Virus record (IMG/VR): IMGVR_UViG_3300037043_000403
Coordinates: 1 to 38,420 of that record
Strand: one strand, 5' to 3'
Origin: a virus
Lineage: Duplodnaviria; Caudoviricetes
DNA length: 38,420 bases
Shown: positions 1-8,259 of the stretch, piece after piece
How positions within the stretch are numbered: position 1 is the stretch's first letter
Layout of the letters: each line of letters opens with the position of its first letter
Notes under the pieces: generated by a model
Database searches by the model: none
Told to the model about the DNA's origin: nothing
What the model saw: only the letters and a program-made list of their open reading frames with translations
Position numbers and translations under genes: made by a program

Positions 1-1203
1 TCAGGCGGCTTTCCGGCGCCGCGCCGGAGTGATCGCGCGGGCGGCGGCGGCGCGGGCGAGCTGGGCCGGGCTGGCGTAGATGGCGCGCATCGCGGCGCCT
101 TCGCCGGGCGCCCATCCCATCCGGATTTCCATGTCGATATCGCTGGCGCCGCTGGCATAGCCGAACGTGATATAGGTTCCCCGGAAATCGTGCAGGTGCT
201 TGGCGCCGAGTTCTTCCGCCTGCGATTCCAGAGCCGCGCGGTGCGCGGTGCCGGCGGACTCGAGGGCGGCCTTGCGCAGGGCCTTCACCGTCCGCGCGCG
301 GAGTGCCTCGAAGGCCTTGTAGAGGCGCCGGCCGTCCGGCCATGCGGTGCCATCGTCACGCCGGCAGACGGCGTCCTGCGGCGCGCCCCGCTTGCCGAGT
401 GCGGCCTTCAGATCAGCGGTGAGCGGCGGGCAGGCGTGGCGCTTGCCGCCGCTCTTGTTGGTCGGCCGCACAAGGTGCCCGGCCGTATAGTCGATCTCGG
501 CCCATATCAGCTCGACCAGGTCGGCGCGGCGCAGGCCGGTGTGCAAGAGGATGTTCAGCAGGCGCGCGAAGGCGGGCGTTGCGTGTTCGCACAGCGCCGC
601 CATGTCGCCGGCCGTGATCAGGATGCCCGCGCGGCCGGGGCCTTCATCCAGATGCGCAATCCCGCGCGCCGCGTTGCGTGTGAGGCGCTCCTCGTCCACG
701 CCCCATTCGAGGATGCGGCCGAGCACCTGCAGGTGGATGTTGGCGGCGCGCGGTGTGTCCGCCATGCCCGCATGCCAGAGCTTGATCCGTGCACGGATGC
801 CTTTCGCTTCCATGGCCTTCAGGCTGGTCGGGCCAAACGTCGCGACCGTCCTGTCGATCGCGGGGCGCCATAACGCCTGAGTCGACGGGGCGAGCTTCAG
901 GAAGGCCGGACTGGCCTTGAAGGCGGCGGCGAGGCCTTCAAAGGTCGTGGCGGAAGGTTTGGGGTAAGCTGTATCTGCCCATGCGGCGGCCAGGGCGGGC
1001 GCGCCTGCGGCTTCTGAATCGAAGGCGTCTGCGTCACTGGCGCCGGTGAAGGCGGCGATCTGCGGGCCGCCGCGCCATGCGTACCAGAATATCCGTGTTC
1101 CGGTGTCGGAGCGTTTAACGACGCGGTGAGCGCCCGGCAGGCGCACCGGCGCCGGCCGCGAGGCGTGCGTCGAGTTCGGCGAGTTCCTGCGCGATGCGCT
1201 CAT
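1..1203 (-). CDS. int: Tyrosine recombinase / phage integrase
   Basis: Catalytic motifs HTGLRRADL (R), TNKSG (K), HLHDFR (HxxR), MGW and RAIY (Y). N-terminal arm-binding-like FWYAWRGGP. Start taken at ATG 1203. Confidence 0.95.
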   Translation of the reverse strand: MSASRRNSPNSTHASRPAPVRLPGAHRVVKRSDTGTRIFWYAWRGGPQIAAFTGASDADAFDSEAAGAPALAAAWADTAYPKPSATTFEGLAAAFKASPAFLKLAPSTQALWRPAIDRTVATFGPTSLKAMEAKGIRARIKLWHAGMADTPRAANIHLQVLGRILEWGVDEERLTRNAARGIAHLDEGPGRAGILITAGDMAALCEHATPAFARLLNILLHTGLRRADLVELIWAEIDYTAGHLVRPTNKSGGKRHACPPLTADLKAALGKRGAPQDAVCRRDDGTAWPDGRRLYKAFEALRARTVKALRKAALESAGTAHRAALESQAEELGAKHLHDFRGTYITFGYASGASDIDMEIRMGWAPGEGAAMRAIYASPAQLARAAAARAITPARRRKAA

Positions 1204-1396
1204 CCGGATTGTCCTGATCGTTGGCGGCGGCAGTGGACAAAAGCAACGGCGCGCCCCCGCCGTCAAGGGCCGCATCGATCCGGGCACGGTCAAACCGCAA
1301 GGGGCGCAGCGTGTGCGGCGCGACCTGCAGGGTGCGCGGGTCGAGGCCCGCCAGATACTGGCGGGCCTGTTTCAGGGTGAGCAGCCGGGGCGTCAC
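1115..1396 (-). CDS. Excisionase-like DNA-binding protein
   Basis: PRLLTLKQARQYL...LRFDRARIDAALD resembles Xis/HTH_17 proteins. It sits directly upstream of int, and its GTG start overlaps the upstream TGA (GTGA 1396-1393). Confidence 0.7.
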   Translation of the reverse strand: MTPRLLTLKQARQYLAGLDPRTLQVAPHTLRPLRFDRARIDAALDGGGAPLLLSTAAANDQDNPDERIAQELAELDARLAAGAGAPAGRSPRR

Positions 1397-1659
1397 TTCC
1401 AGAGCCCGCATTCGGCGATCACGTCTTTCGTGGTGCTCTCGCTGCCGACGAACACCGGCGGCATGCCGCTGCCCATGATCGACAGGTAGACCACGCCGCC
1501 GGCGGCGATCACCTCGGCCAGCTCCGCAGCGTCGAGCTGCACCGGCGTGACGAGGAAACCGCGATTGCGGAACACGCGCACCGGGATCACGTCATCCCGG
1601 CCCGGCGGGGCGAGGAAGGTCATGTTGGCATGCGGCCAATCCTGAACCGGCGCGCCCAT
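1393..1659 (-). CDS. Phage hypothetical protein
   Basis: 88 aa, coupled to both neighbours, protein-like composition (ELAEVIAAGGVVYLSIMGSGMPPV). Confidence 0.8.
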   Translation of the reverse strand: MGAPVQDWPHANMTFLAPPGRDDVIPVRVFRNRGFLVTPVQLDAAELAEVIAAGGVVYLSIMGSGMPPVFVGSESTTKDVIAECGLWK

Positions 1660-3626
1660 CAGCCCGGCCCCGCTGCGAGCATTGCGGCGACCGCCTGTTC
1701 GGCGCCCTGTTCGTGCAGGAAGCGGGCTTCCGGCGGCACATAGTCCGGCGGGATATAGTCCGGCAGGGTGGAGACGAGGAAGGCCTTGTTGGCGCTGAGC
1801 GCCTTGCCGGCGGCGTTCATGGGGCCGACGGCGCCGCTGTCATAGGCGAGGGCCATCAGTTGGGAGGTCGTGTAGCCCTTCAGCCAGTCGCCGGTGCACA
1901 GTCCGCGTACGGACTCCGGATCGGCCGGGAAGATCACCATCGCCTCGGCCTTGGCGCCGGGCCGCGCGCTGGCATGGCCATCCACGCAGAGCCGGGCGAT
2001 CGCGGCGCGGAACACCGCCGCGAGGTCGTCCGGCGTCAGGGCGCAGAGGCTGTGCATGGCGAGATAGGGATCATCGCCGTTGATCTCGCCGACTTCGGTG
2101 AAGCCCGGCAGGCCCTTGAGGATTTCCGGAGAGGGCACGGGCGCGGCGGCGCTGGCCAGCTTCGAGGCTTCGGCGGCATCACCGTTCGGCGCGTCCGTGC
2201 GGATGGCGCAGAGCGGGGTGAACCAGCCATCGCGCGGCAGGATGGCCATCAGGGCGGCGGCGAGGGCGAAGTTCATATTGGCGTTCACGGCGCTGCGGAC
2301 AGCGGCGGTGCGCGCCGCCGCGCCGGCGATCCAGTTGCGGCGGGCGAGGGGCTGAACGCCAGCCGCTTCGGCGCCGGCCTTGCCCTTCGCTTCGGCCTTC
2401 GTGGCGGCATGGCGATTGAAGGCCGGGGCGAGGAAGCCGGTTTCGAGATTGCGCGCATTGCAGAACCAGCGCACGCCGCAGAGTTTCATGTCCGTGCCCT
2501 TCGGGGCTTTCTGCCAGCCATCGGTGAGGCCGTAGGTGTAACTGACTTCGGCGGTCGCGAGTCCGCAGCCGAACTTCTCCTTCAGGCGCTTCGCCTCGGC
2601 CTCGGCCCAGTCGCGCTGCAGCTTGGCGGCGAGACCCTTGTTCGCCAGCCGGTCCGGCGCGCCGTCCTCGCCGGGGACGAGGACGCCGCCGGCGGCGGCA
2701 TAGGCCTCAAGATCGAACTTCGCCGCCCTGGCTTCGGGCGCGTCCATCTCGATCCAGCGGCGCAGCTCGGCCGGATCGGTGGTGTCCTCGATCTCTTCGC
2801 AGATATCGTCCTGGATGTCGTGCGGCCAGCGGGCCAGCTCGATGGCGACCTTCCGGGAGCGGACGAGTCCTTCCCGCCACGCGGCCTTGACCTTCGGGCT
2901 GAGATTGGCGGCGCATTGCAGGTAGAACTGGATATTCCGCATGGTCTGGCCGGTGCGCTCGGCGATCATCCGCGTCACGGCGCCGTCATCCTGCAGCTCG
3001 GCGCGGCGGATCTCCGCGAGGCGGGCATAGGCCTCGGCCTGCTCGAGCGGGTGGACGTCCTCACGCGCCTGGTTCTCGAGGATCGCCAGCTCGATATGCT
3101 CGGCGTCGTCCACCGGCAGGATGCGGGCGAGGACCGGCGTGTCGGCCGGCAGGTCGCCGCGTTTGATCAGCAGGCCGAGCGCCGTCCAGCGCTGCTCGCC
3201 ATATATTATCTGATACCTTGCGGTATCATTGCTCGGCGCGTTTCCGGAGGCTGCGCCTCCGGGCGCCTGCGCCTTCGCCTTGCTCGTGCGGCCCTTCGGC
3301 CCGGGGGCCGCCGCGACCGGATCAACGATCCGCACGCTGATGTTCTGCAGCTGGCCTTTCGCCAGCAGGCTTTCGGCGAGTTCCTCGAGATAGCCCTCGC
3401 GCACCGTCTTGCGCGGATTGAGCGGGGAGGGGGCGATCTGGTTGTGCGGGATGGTGATGACCTCGGCGGTGATTCGGGGCGCGGGCGCAGCGGTCTCAGG
3501 CTTTGCCATGGCGCGCTTGGCGCGCGCCGCGCTGGCTTTCGCGCGATTGATCACGGGGTCGGGCTTCTTCGGCGCAGCCTTGGCAGCAGGTTTCTTCGGA
3601 GCGGGTTTCGTCTTGGCGGCGGGCAT
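1659..3626 (-). CDS. ParB/RepB/Spo0J-family protein with long C-terminal extension (~655 aa)
   Basis: IAPSPLNPRK, ELAESLLAKGQLQNI, YQIIYGEQRWTAL (GxRR-like CTP motif), ENQAREDVHPLEQAEAY and HTH IAERTGQTMRNIQFYL. An AGGA Shine-Dalgarno precedes ATG 3626. Confidence 0.9.
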   Translation of the reverse strand: MPAAKTKPAPKKPAAKAAPKKPDPVINRAKASAARAKRAMAKPETAAPAPRITAEVITIPHNQIAPSPLNPRKTVREGYLEELAESLLAKGQLQNISVRIVDPVAAAPGPKGRTSKAKAQAPGGAASGNAPSNDTARYQIIYGEQRWTALGLLIKRGDLPADTPVLARILPVDDAEHIELAILENQAREDVHPLEQAEAYARLAEIRRAELQDDGAVTRMIAERTGQTMRNIQFYLQCAANLSPKVKAAWREGLVRSRKVAIELARWPHDIQDDICEEIEDTTDPAELRRWIEMDAPEARAAKFDLEAYAAAGGVLVPGEDGAPDRLANKGLAAKLQRDWAEAEAKRLKEKFGCGLATAEVSYTYGLTDGWQKAPKGTDMKLCGVRWFCNARNLETGFLAPAFNRHAATKAEAKGKAGAEAAGVQPLARRNWIAGAAARTAAVRSAVNANMNFALAAALMAILPRDGWFTPLCAIRTDAPNGDAAEASKLASAAAPVPSPEILKGLPGFTEVGEINGDDPYLAMHSLCALTPDDLAAVFRAAIARLCVDGHASARPGAKAEAMVIFPADPESVRGLCTGDWLKGYTTSQLMALAYDSGAVGPMNAAGKALSANKAFLVSTLPDYIPPDYVPPEARFLHEQGAEQAVAAMLAAGPG

Positions 3627-3655
3627 GCGCTTCATCCTTGTGTCGGCGGGGAAAT

Positions 3656-3688
3656 GCCCGCCCGGCAAGGGGAACAAGCCGGGCGGGC
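3656..3688 (-). terminator. GC-rich hairpin in the leader of the leftward operon (possible tL-like terminator/attenuator)
   Basis: Perfect 11-bp stem GCCCGCCCGGC/GCCGGGCGGGC. Only a weak ATTT tail on the minus strand. Confidence 0.4.
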
Positions 3689-3745
3689 CGTGGGGACACG
3701 CGCGCGGGCGCTGGGTGGGGGACGCCGCCGGCGCGCGGAACCGGA

Positions 3746-3758
3746 CGAACCCGGTTCG
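3746..3758. repeat. Dispersed palindrome copy 1 (CGAACC-C-GGTTCG)
   Basis: Perfect 13-bp palindrome about 120 bp upstream of the ParB-family gene. Confidence 0.9.
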
Positions 3759-3766
3759 CGGAGAGC

Positions 3767-3817
3767 AATGCATTGAACGCATATATTCGTCAATCAATTA
3801 AATGAGACAAACGCATA
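3767..3817. promoter_or_regulatory. Putative leftward operators (OL-like), two 17-bp sites
   Basis: AATGCA-TTGAA-CGCATA (3767-3783) and AATGAG-ACAAA-CGCATA (3801-3817) in an AT-rich intergenic patch. Both match the site at 4822-4838. Confidence 0.75.
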
Positions 3818-3984
3818 TCCCGCCCGGAGCCGCATTTGCTTATGCGCGGCCAAAAGCGCGCTGAGCGACTATCTGCGCCATTAAGTGCGGCAGTGGGCGA
3901 GTTCTGCGGGAGGTTTTCGCTTGCGCGGCGAGCCCAATCTCGCTTCGATTGCGTCAAGAAGACGAGGCGAATCGGGGGCCGACA

Positions 3985-4377
3985 ATGAACTTCAAGATCC
4001 ACGCAGGGCAGATTAAAGAGCGTGCCGCATTCGTTAAGGTGAAGCATCTCGAGAAGGAAACGCAATCACGACAGTTGTTCGTGGCGCCTGGCAGGGCGGT
4101 TCACACATATATCGACAGCTGGGGTAATCAGAATGTTTTCCTTATCGCGGCAACGATCGAAAAGGCCGAAATCATTACAGAGGACAACAAGGTGAACTTC
4201 ATCGGCGCGGCCGGATGGGGCGTCGTCGGCGGGGTATTGACGGGCGGGCTAGGATTTCTGGCCGGCGCTTTGTTGGGTGGCCGAGGAAAGGAGACCTTCT
4301 GTGCGCTGAAGTTCAGCGATGGCACTCAGATGGTCGTTTCCGGCAAGCCCAAGGATGTTGTGAAACTACTGCACTAG
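3985..4377 (+). CDS. Glycine-zipper membrane protein in the immunity region (moron-like)
   Basis: Hydrophobic GAAGWGVVGGVLTGGLGFLAGALLGG segment, lower GC than the flanks, convergent on the repressor. Confidence 0.8.
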   Translation: MNFKIHAGQIKERAAFVKVKHLEKETQSRQLFVAPGRAVHTYIDSWGNQNVFLIAATIEKAEIITEDNKVNFIGAAGWGVVGGVLTGGLGFLAGALLGGRGKETFCALKFSDGTQMVVSGKPKDVVKLLH

Positions 4378-4724
4378 GAGTTGGGCAAGTTCTCTTGAAG
4401 CACCTTGAGCTGCGAAAGCAGGATGGTCTTGTGGACCGGGTTTTTGCGCAGCGCGAGGATAAGGGCCCGCTCTTCGTCCGAAAGCCCGTCGCCGCCTTCG
4501 ACCAGGTGCCCTAGCGCGCAGCCGTAGAGTTCGGCTAATGCGAGCAGCTCTGACAGTCTGGGCTCTGCCTCTCCGCGTTCCCATCGCGCGATCGCGGACT
4601 GGTCCTTATGCAGCCGCTCGGCAACGTCAGTCTGAGAAAGCTTCTTCTTCTTCCTTAGCTTGCGCATCAGGAGAAATTGCGGCTCGTCATCATCGCCATC
4701 AGTGCGTCTGGCTTTTTTGCTCAT
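4374..4724 (-). CDS. XRE-family (CI-like) repressor without a peptidase S24 domain
   Basis: LRKKKKLSQTDVAERLHKDQSAIARWERGEAEPRLSELLALAELYG is a classic HTH_3. Divergent from the cro-like gene. Start uncertain. Confidence 0.9.
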   Translation of the reverse strand: MSKKARRTDGDDDEPQFLLMRKLRKKKKLSQTDVAERLHKDQSAIARWERGEAEPRLSELLALAELYGCALGHLVEGGDGLSDEERALILALRKNPVHKTILLSQLKVLQENLPNS

Positions 4725-4821
4725 GCAGCATTTTGCACCGTCGGCACTTAAAGCGTGACGACACTTAAAGCATAAAATGCGTGTTTCTTCTTGATCAACG
4801 CTGCGAATCACCCTTTGTCAT

Positions 4822-4838
4822 TATGCGATCAACGCATA
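4822..4838. promoter_or_regulatory. Putative rightward operator (OR-like)
   Basis: Perfect inverted repeat TATGCG-ATCAA-CGCATA between the repressor and cro-like genes. Confidence 0.8.
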
Positions 4839-4857
4839 TTTGGCAAAGGTTATTCAG

Positions 4858-5136
4858 ATGACGCGCCTTGAGGCCTATCGCAAACTCAAAGGACTGACGC
4901 TCGCCCAGCTGGGCGCGGCCATTGGCCGGACCCAACCGCAGGCCGGACGCTACTGCAAGCCGCGATCTGCGCCGGGGCACAACGTGCCGCAATGGCGAGT
5001 CGGCGAGACGATCAAGAAGCTCACGCACGGTGTCATCGATCTCGGAAACTATGCCGATGAAATCGAAGCTGACGAGGCCGCCCTCATGATAGCGGAAATC
5101 GAACGCCGCGCAGCTGCCGCAGGGGCGCGGTCATGA
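4858..5136 (+). CDS. Cro-like HTH protein
   Basis: LEAYRKLKGLTLAQLGAAIGRTQPQAGRYC. First gene of the rightward operon. Confidence 0.85.
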   Translation: MTRLEAYRKLKGLTLAQLGAAIGRTQPQAGRYCKPRSAPGHNVPQWRVGETIKKLTHGVIDLGNYADEIEADEAALMIAEIERRAAAAGARS

Positions 5137-5393
5137 CGGACGCCGCGCTGATCGCCTTTTTCTCCGCCTGCACCTGGCTCGGCTTCGGGCTGCTGCGCGC
5201 CCGGCGCGAAGCGGCGCTGTGCCGGGCCGACAATGCCCGCCACGGCGAGGCCGCGCCGGTCTGGCCGGTCTGGCTGGTCGTCACCGCGCTCTGGCCGATG
5301 CTGGAGGCGCAGCGCGGCGTGCTTTGGGCGCTGACCCTGTGGGACGCCGCCGCTGCTGGCCGGGCCGACAATCGGGGGGCGCGCCGTGGCTGA
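5133..5393 (+). CDS. Small membrane protein, hypothetical
   Basis: ATGA-coupled to cro, with two hydrophobic segments. Confidence 0.7.
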   Translation: MTDAALIAFFSACTWLGFGLLRARREAALCRADNARHGEAAPVWPVWLVVTALWPMLEAQRGVLWALTLWDAAAAGRADNRGARRG

Positions 5394-5598
5394 CGATCAC
5401 CGCCCGAATCCATTTTTTGCGACCCCTGAGGAATGGAGCGACTGGCTGCAAAACAAGAAGACGATGCCGCTGTGCCTCGGCTTTCAGGACCTATTCATTG
5501 GCGGGGTCCGCTTTCTTTTCGTCGGCCCAGACCTCGACGGCACCCTCGAATTTGACGGGCCACCTGTGCGCACGGCTCGCCGGGAGCGCGGCGAATGA
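5386..5598 (+). CDS. Hypothetical protein
   Basis: 70 aa, overlaps both neighbours in the operon. Confidence 0.65.
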   Translation: MADDHRPNPFFATPEEWSDWLQNKKTMPLCLGFQDLFIGGVRFLFVGPDLDGTLEFDGPPVRTARRERGE

Positions 5599-6224
5599 AC
5601 CGCCCCCGGATGATCACCGGCGCGCATGACGCGGCGACCAGGGGCGAGGCGGAACTCTACGAGACGCCGCCCGGCGCGGTGCGGGCGCTGCTGGCGGCGG
5701 AGCCCTTCTTCTCCCGGCCGCAGCGCCTGCTCGAGCCCGCCTGCGGGCCGGGCCAGCTGGTCGCGGCGCTGCAGGCGGCCGGCCATGACGTGACCGCCGC
5801 CGACAAGTTCGATTATGAGGCGCGCTGGAAAGGCGCCGCCGACACGATCCGCACCTGGGGCCGGGACTTTCTCGCCTCGCCGCCGGACACCAGCTGCCGC
5901 GCCGTGGTGATGAACCCGCCCTATTCGAAGGCCGACGCTTTCATCGTGACCGCGCTCACCTGCGCGCCGCGCGTCTATGCGCTTCTCGAACTCGGCTGGC
6001 TGCAGGGCGAAGGCGCCTCGCGCTGCGCGCTGACGGAAGGGCCCCTGATCCGGGTGCACGCCTTCCGGGGCCGTCTCGACATGCACCGCGACGGCTTCCC
6101 GGAGGACCGGCAGAGCAGCTCGACGCGCAAGCATGCCTGGTTCGTGTTCGCCTCGCGGCGGGCGGAAGACGCCGCGCCGGTCGAGCTGCGCCGCATATCC
6201 GAAATCGGGGGAAACCATGGCTGA
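5595..6224 (+). CDS. Phage amino (N6-adenine-type) DNA methyltransferase
   Basis: YETPPGAV, SAM-binding LLEPACGPG and catalytic VVMNPPYS. Confidence 0.88.
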   Translation: MNRPRMITGAHDAATRGEAELYETPPGAVRALLAAEPFFSRPQRLLEPACGPGQLVAALQAAGHDVTAADKFDYEARWKGAADTIRTWGRDFLASPPDTSCRAVVMNPPYSKADAFIVTALTCAPRVYALLELGWLQGEGASRCALTEGPLIRVHAFRGRLDMHRDGFPEDRQSSSTRKHAWFVFASRRAEDAAPVELRRISEIGGNHG

Positions 6225-6864
6225 AGGCTCTTACGGCAACAGCGCCGAGCATTGCCCGCAGGATATCCGCTGGATGCACGGGCGTGACCCGGACCGGTTC
6301 TGGGCGATCACGCGGGCCCAGCCGGTGGCGAGCCTTGCCGCCTCCGGCGCGCTGTGGGGCTTCACCCGCTCGGTCGCGCCGCCGCCGCAGATGATCGGCA
6401 AGCGGCTGATCGTGACCGCCGGCGGCGGCCATCATCCGTTCAAGGAAGCGGCGGACAGCGGGCGCGCGGCGGTGCTGGCCTATTGCGGGGTTGAGGTGTC
6501 CCCGGCCGAGATCCCGGACGGGCGCGAGCGGCTGTTCCGCGAGGCGGTGCATTCGCTGCAGACCTCCGTTTCCGTGGGCGCGGTGCGCCTCGCCGCCGCG
6601 TTCCGGATCGCGCACGTCATCGACGGGCAGGTGTTTGCCGATCTGCGTCCGGGTACGGAATATTCCGGCCCGCGCGGCCTCGGCACCTGGCCGGAATTCG
6701 ACAAGCGCTTCCTGCCGCAGGTCGAGGCGCTGGAGCGGGGCCGCTGGCTCTGGTGTTTCGATGCGGCGCATGAATTCTCGGCCGACCTGCGCGTGCCGGT
6801 GAAGGGCTTCGGCGGCCTCTGGGACTATGAGAAGGGCCTCGCCCTGAGGCAGGCCGCGCCATGA
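6217..6864 (+). CDS. ASCH/ASC-1-like domain protein (divergent)
   Basis: AITRAQPVASLAASG, GKRLIVTAG, GRWLWCF and VPVKGFGGLW follow the ASC-1-like pattern. The GxKxxExR motif is degenerate. Confidence 0.6.
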   Translation: MAEGSYGNSAEHCPQDIRWMHGRDPDRFWAITRAQPVASLAASGALWGFTRSVAPPPQMIGKRLIVTAGGGHHPFKEAADSGRAAVLAYCGVEVSPAEIPDGRERLFREAVHSLQTSVSVGAVRLAAAFRIAHVIDGQVFADLRPGTEYSGPRGLGTWPEFDKRFLPQVEALERGRWLWCFDAAHEFSADLRVPVKGFGGLWDYEKGLALRQAAP

Positions 6865-7250
6865 GCCATATCAACATTCCGGCGCCGCGCCTGCGCCGCC
6901 TGCTGCGCCTTCTCGACCTGCGCGCCGCCGGCAAGCGGCGGGCCGAGATCCGCCGGGCGGAGGGGATTACAGACCGCACGCTGGCGAGCGACTACCTGAT
7001 CCTGGCAGCGCATTCGCGCGCCGAGCTGGAAGCCAAGCTGACGCGCTGGTCACCGCCGCCGAAACCGAAACGCTCACGCAGCGCCTGCGTCTACACGGTG
7101 GTGCGCGCCGGGCTGGTGCATGGCTGCGGGCGCGAATGCGAGGGCCAGTATTGCGACGAACACAGGCGGGCGACCCGGCCGGGGCCCGGCCAGTATGTGG
7201 CGATGAGCGCGCAGGTCTACCTGCGGGCAAGCGGAGGGAAGTGCAGATGA
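6861..7250 (+). CDS. HTH + Cys/His cluster protein, GcrA-like
   Basis: N-terminal HTH-like GKRRAEIRRAEGITDRTL, Pro/Lys linker, C-terminal C-x12-CG-x7-YC-x2-H resembling the GcrA C-terminus. Confidence 0.5.
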   Translation: MSHINIPAPRLRRLLRLLDLRAAGKRRAEIRRAEGITDRTLASDYLILAAHSRAELEAKLTRWSPPPKPKRSRSACVYTVVRAGLVHGCGRECEGQYCDEHRRATRPGPGQYVAMSAQVYLRASGGKCR

Positions 7251-7915
7251 ACCGTACACTGAGCAAGATCGAGGCGATCATCGAAGCGGAGGTCTGGAAA
7301 CGAACAGCAGGGCGGATGGAACAGTTCGCCCAGCAGCTCCGCGCCCTCGCGGATGTCATGGACGGCACGGTGGTCAATGGCATGGCGCCAGTTAGCGAGG
7401 CGGCCGGCGGGCAGGTTGATCAGATGACGGACGGGATCGAGATCACGCCGCCCTCATCGTCTTTCGAGAAGGCGCAGGCCGATGGCAAAACGATCAGCCG
7501 GGCTCTTGTCGAAGTCACGCTCTCGCCGGATTCTCTGAAGTCCGTGGAGGATCACATCGATCGGGTGGTGGACGATATGATCATAACCGTGGCGAAGGCG
7601 CCGAAAGCCGAGGCGCCCGTCCTCCCGGCGGTGATTTCCGAGGCCGGCGAGATGGAGAAAGTTCCCGACGCCCGGCCCGCCTGGCTGGCACCGGCGCTGC
7701 AGGCCTGCCGGGCCGAAAAGGACAAGGCGGTGCTGCGCCTGCTGGCGCACAAAGGTGCGGTGACGCTGCAGCAGGTGATCTACCATTTTTCGCCGCCGAT
7801 GAAGGAGACCTATGCGCTGAACGTGATCTCGGGTGTGCGGCGCCTGCTCAAGGCGGCCGGCTGGGATCTCGTGCGCGACGAGGACGGGCAATATACGGCG
7901 AGGCTTGCCGAATGA
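7247..7915 (+). CDS. Hypothetical protein with C-terminal winged-helix-like region
   Basis: ATGA-coupled. C-terminus reads VLRLLAHKGAVTLQQV...NVISGVRRLLKAAGWDLVRDEDGQY. Confidence 0.7.
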   Translation: MNRTLSKIEAIIEAEVWKRTAGRMEQFAQQLRALADVMDGTVVNGMAPVSEAAGGQVDQMTDGIEITPPSSSFEKAQADGKTISRALVEVTLSPDSLKSVEDHIDRVVDDMIITVAKAPKAEAPVLPAVISEAGEMEKVPDARPAWLAPALQACRAEKDKAVLRLLAHKGAVTLQQVIYHFSPPMKETYALNVISGVRRLLKAAGWDLVRDEDGQYTARLAE

Positions 7916-8259
7916 CCGCGCCGTTCACGGACACTTTCGCGGCGCGCATGTCGGCCGCCAAACAGGCGCTCTGTTTCGGCGAGGTGGCGATGGCGCTGAA
8001 CCTCAAGGGCTCCAGCCGCACCGGCTGGGACTGCCCGGCCTGCGGCTCGCGCGGCACGCTTAACGAGCGGCCGGACCGCAAGGGCGCGCGCTGCAGCCTG
8101 CCGGGTTGCAACAAGGGCTTCGATGCGCCCGGCCTGGTGATCACCGCAAGGGGCGTCTCGGCGCCGACCGCGCTGGCCTTCCTCGAGCGCGTGATCGCCG
8201 AGCGGGAGGCCAAGGGCAACGCGAAGGCGCCGGGATTGTTTGACCAGGGAGAGGCGTGA
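7912..8259 (+). CDS. Stand-alone primase-type zinc-binding domain protein
   Basis: WDCPACG...RCSLPGCNKGFDAPGLV...ALAFL resembles the CHC2/primase zinc ribbon. No TOPRIM domain. Confidence 0.7.
   Translation: MTAPFTDTFAARMSAAKQALCFGEVAMALNLKGSSRTGWDCPACGSRGTLNERPDRKGARCSLPGCNKGFDAPGLVITARGVSAPTALAFLERVIAEREAKGNAKAPGLFDQGEA

Noticed and set aside
3738-3758. Palindrome read as a LexA/SOS box
   Set aside because: It is GAAC-N3-GTTC. The Gram-positive box has an N4 spacer and the alphaproteobacterial box is a direct repeat with N7. The GAAC pair at 3738/3747 has N5, and half the copies are intragenic.
3627-3797. Upstream extensions given by the ORF track for ParB (also capsid 18579, protease 18020, connector 20339, winged-helix 36131)
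   Set aside because: The extensions run through operators or upstream genes. Downstream starts with SD sequences or homology-consistent N-termini fit better.
4748-4768. TTAA pair as a CtrA box
   Set aside because: The spacer is 13 nt, not the TTAA-N7-TTAA consensus.
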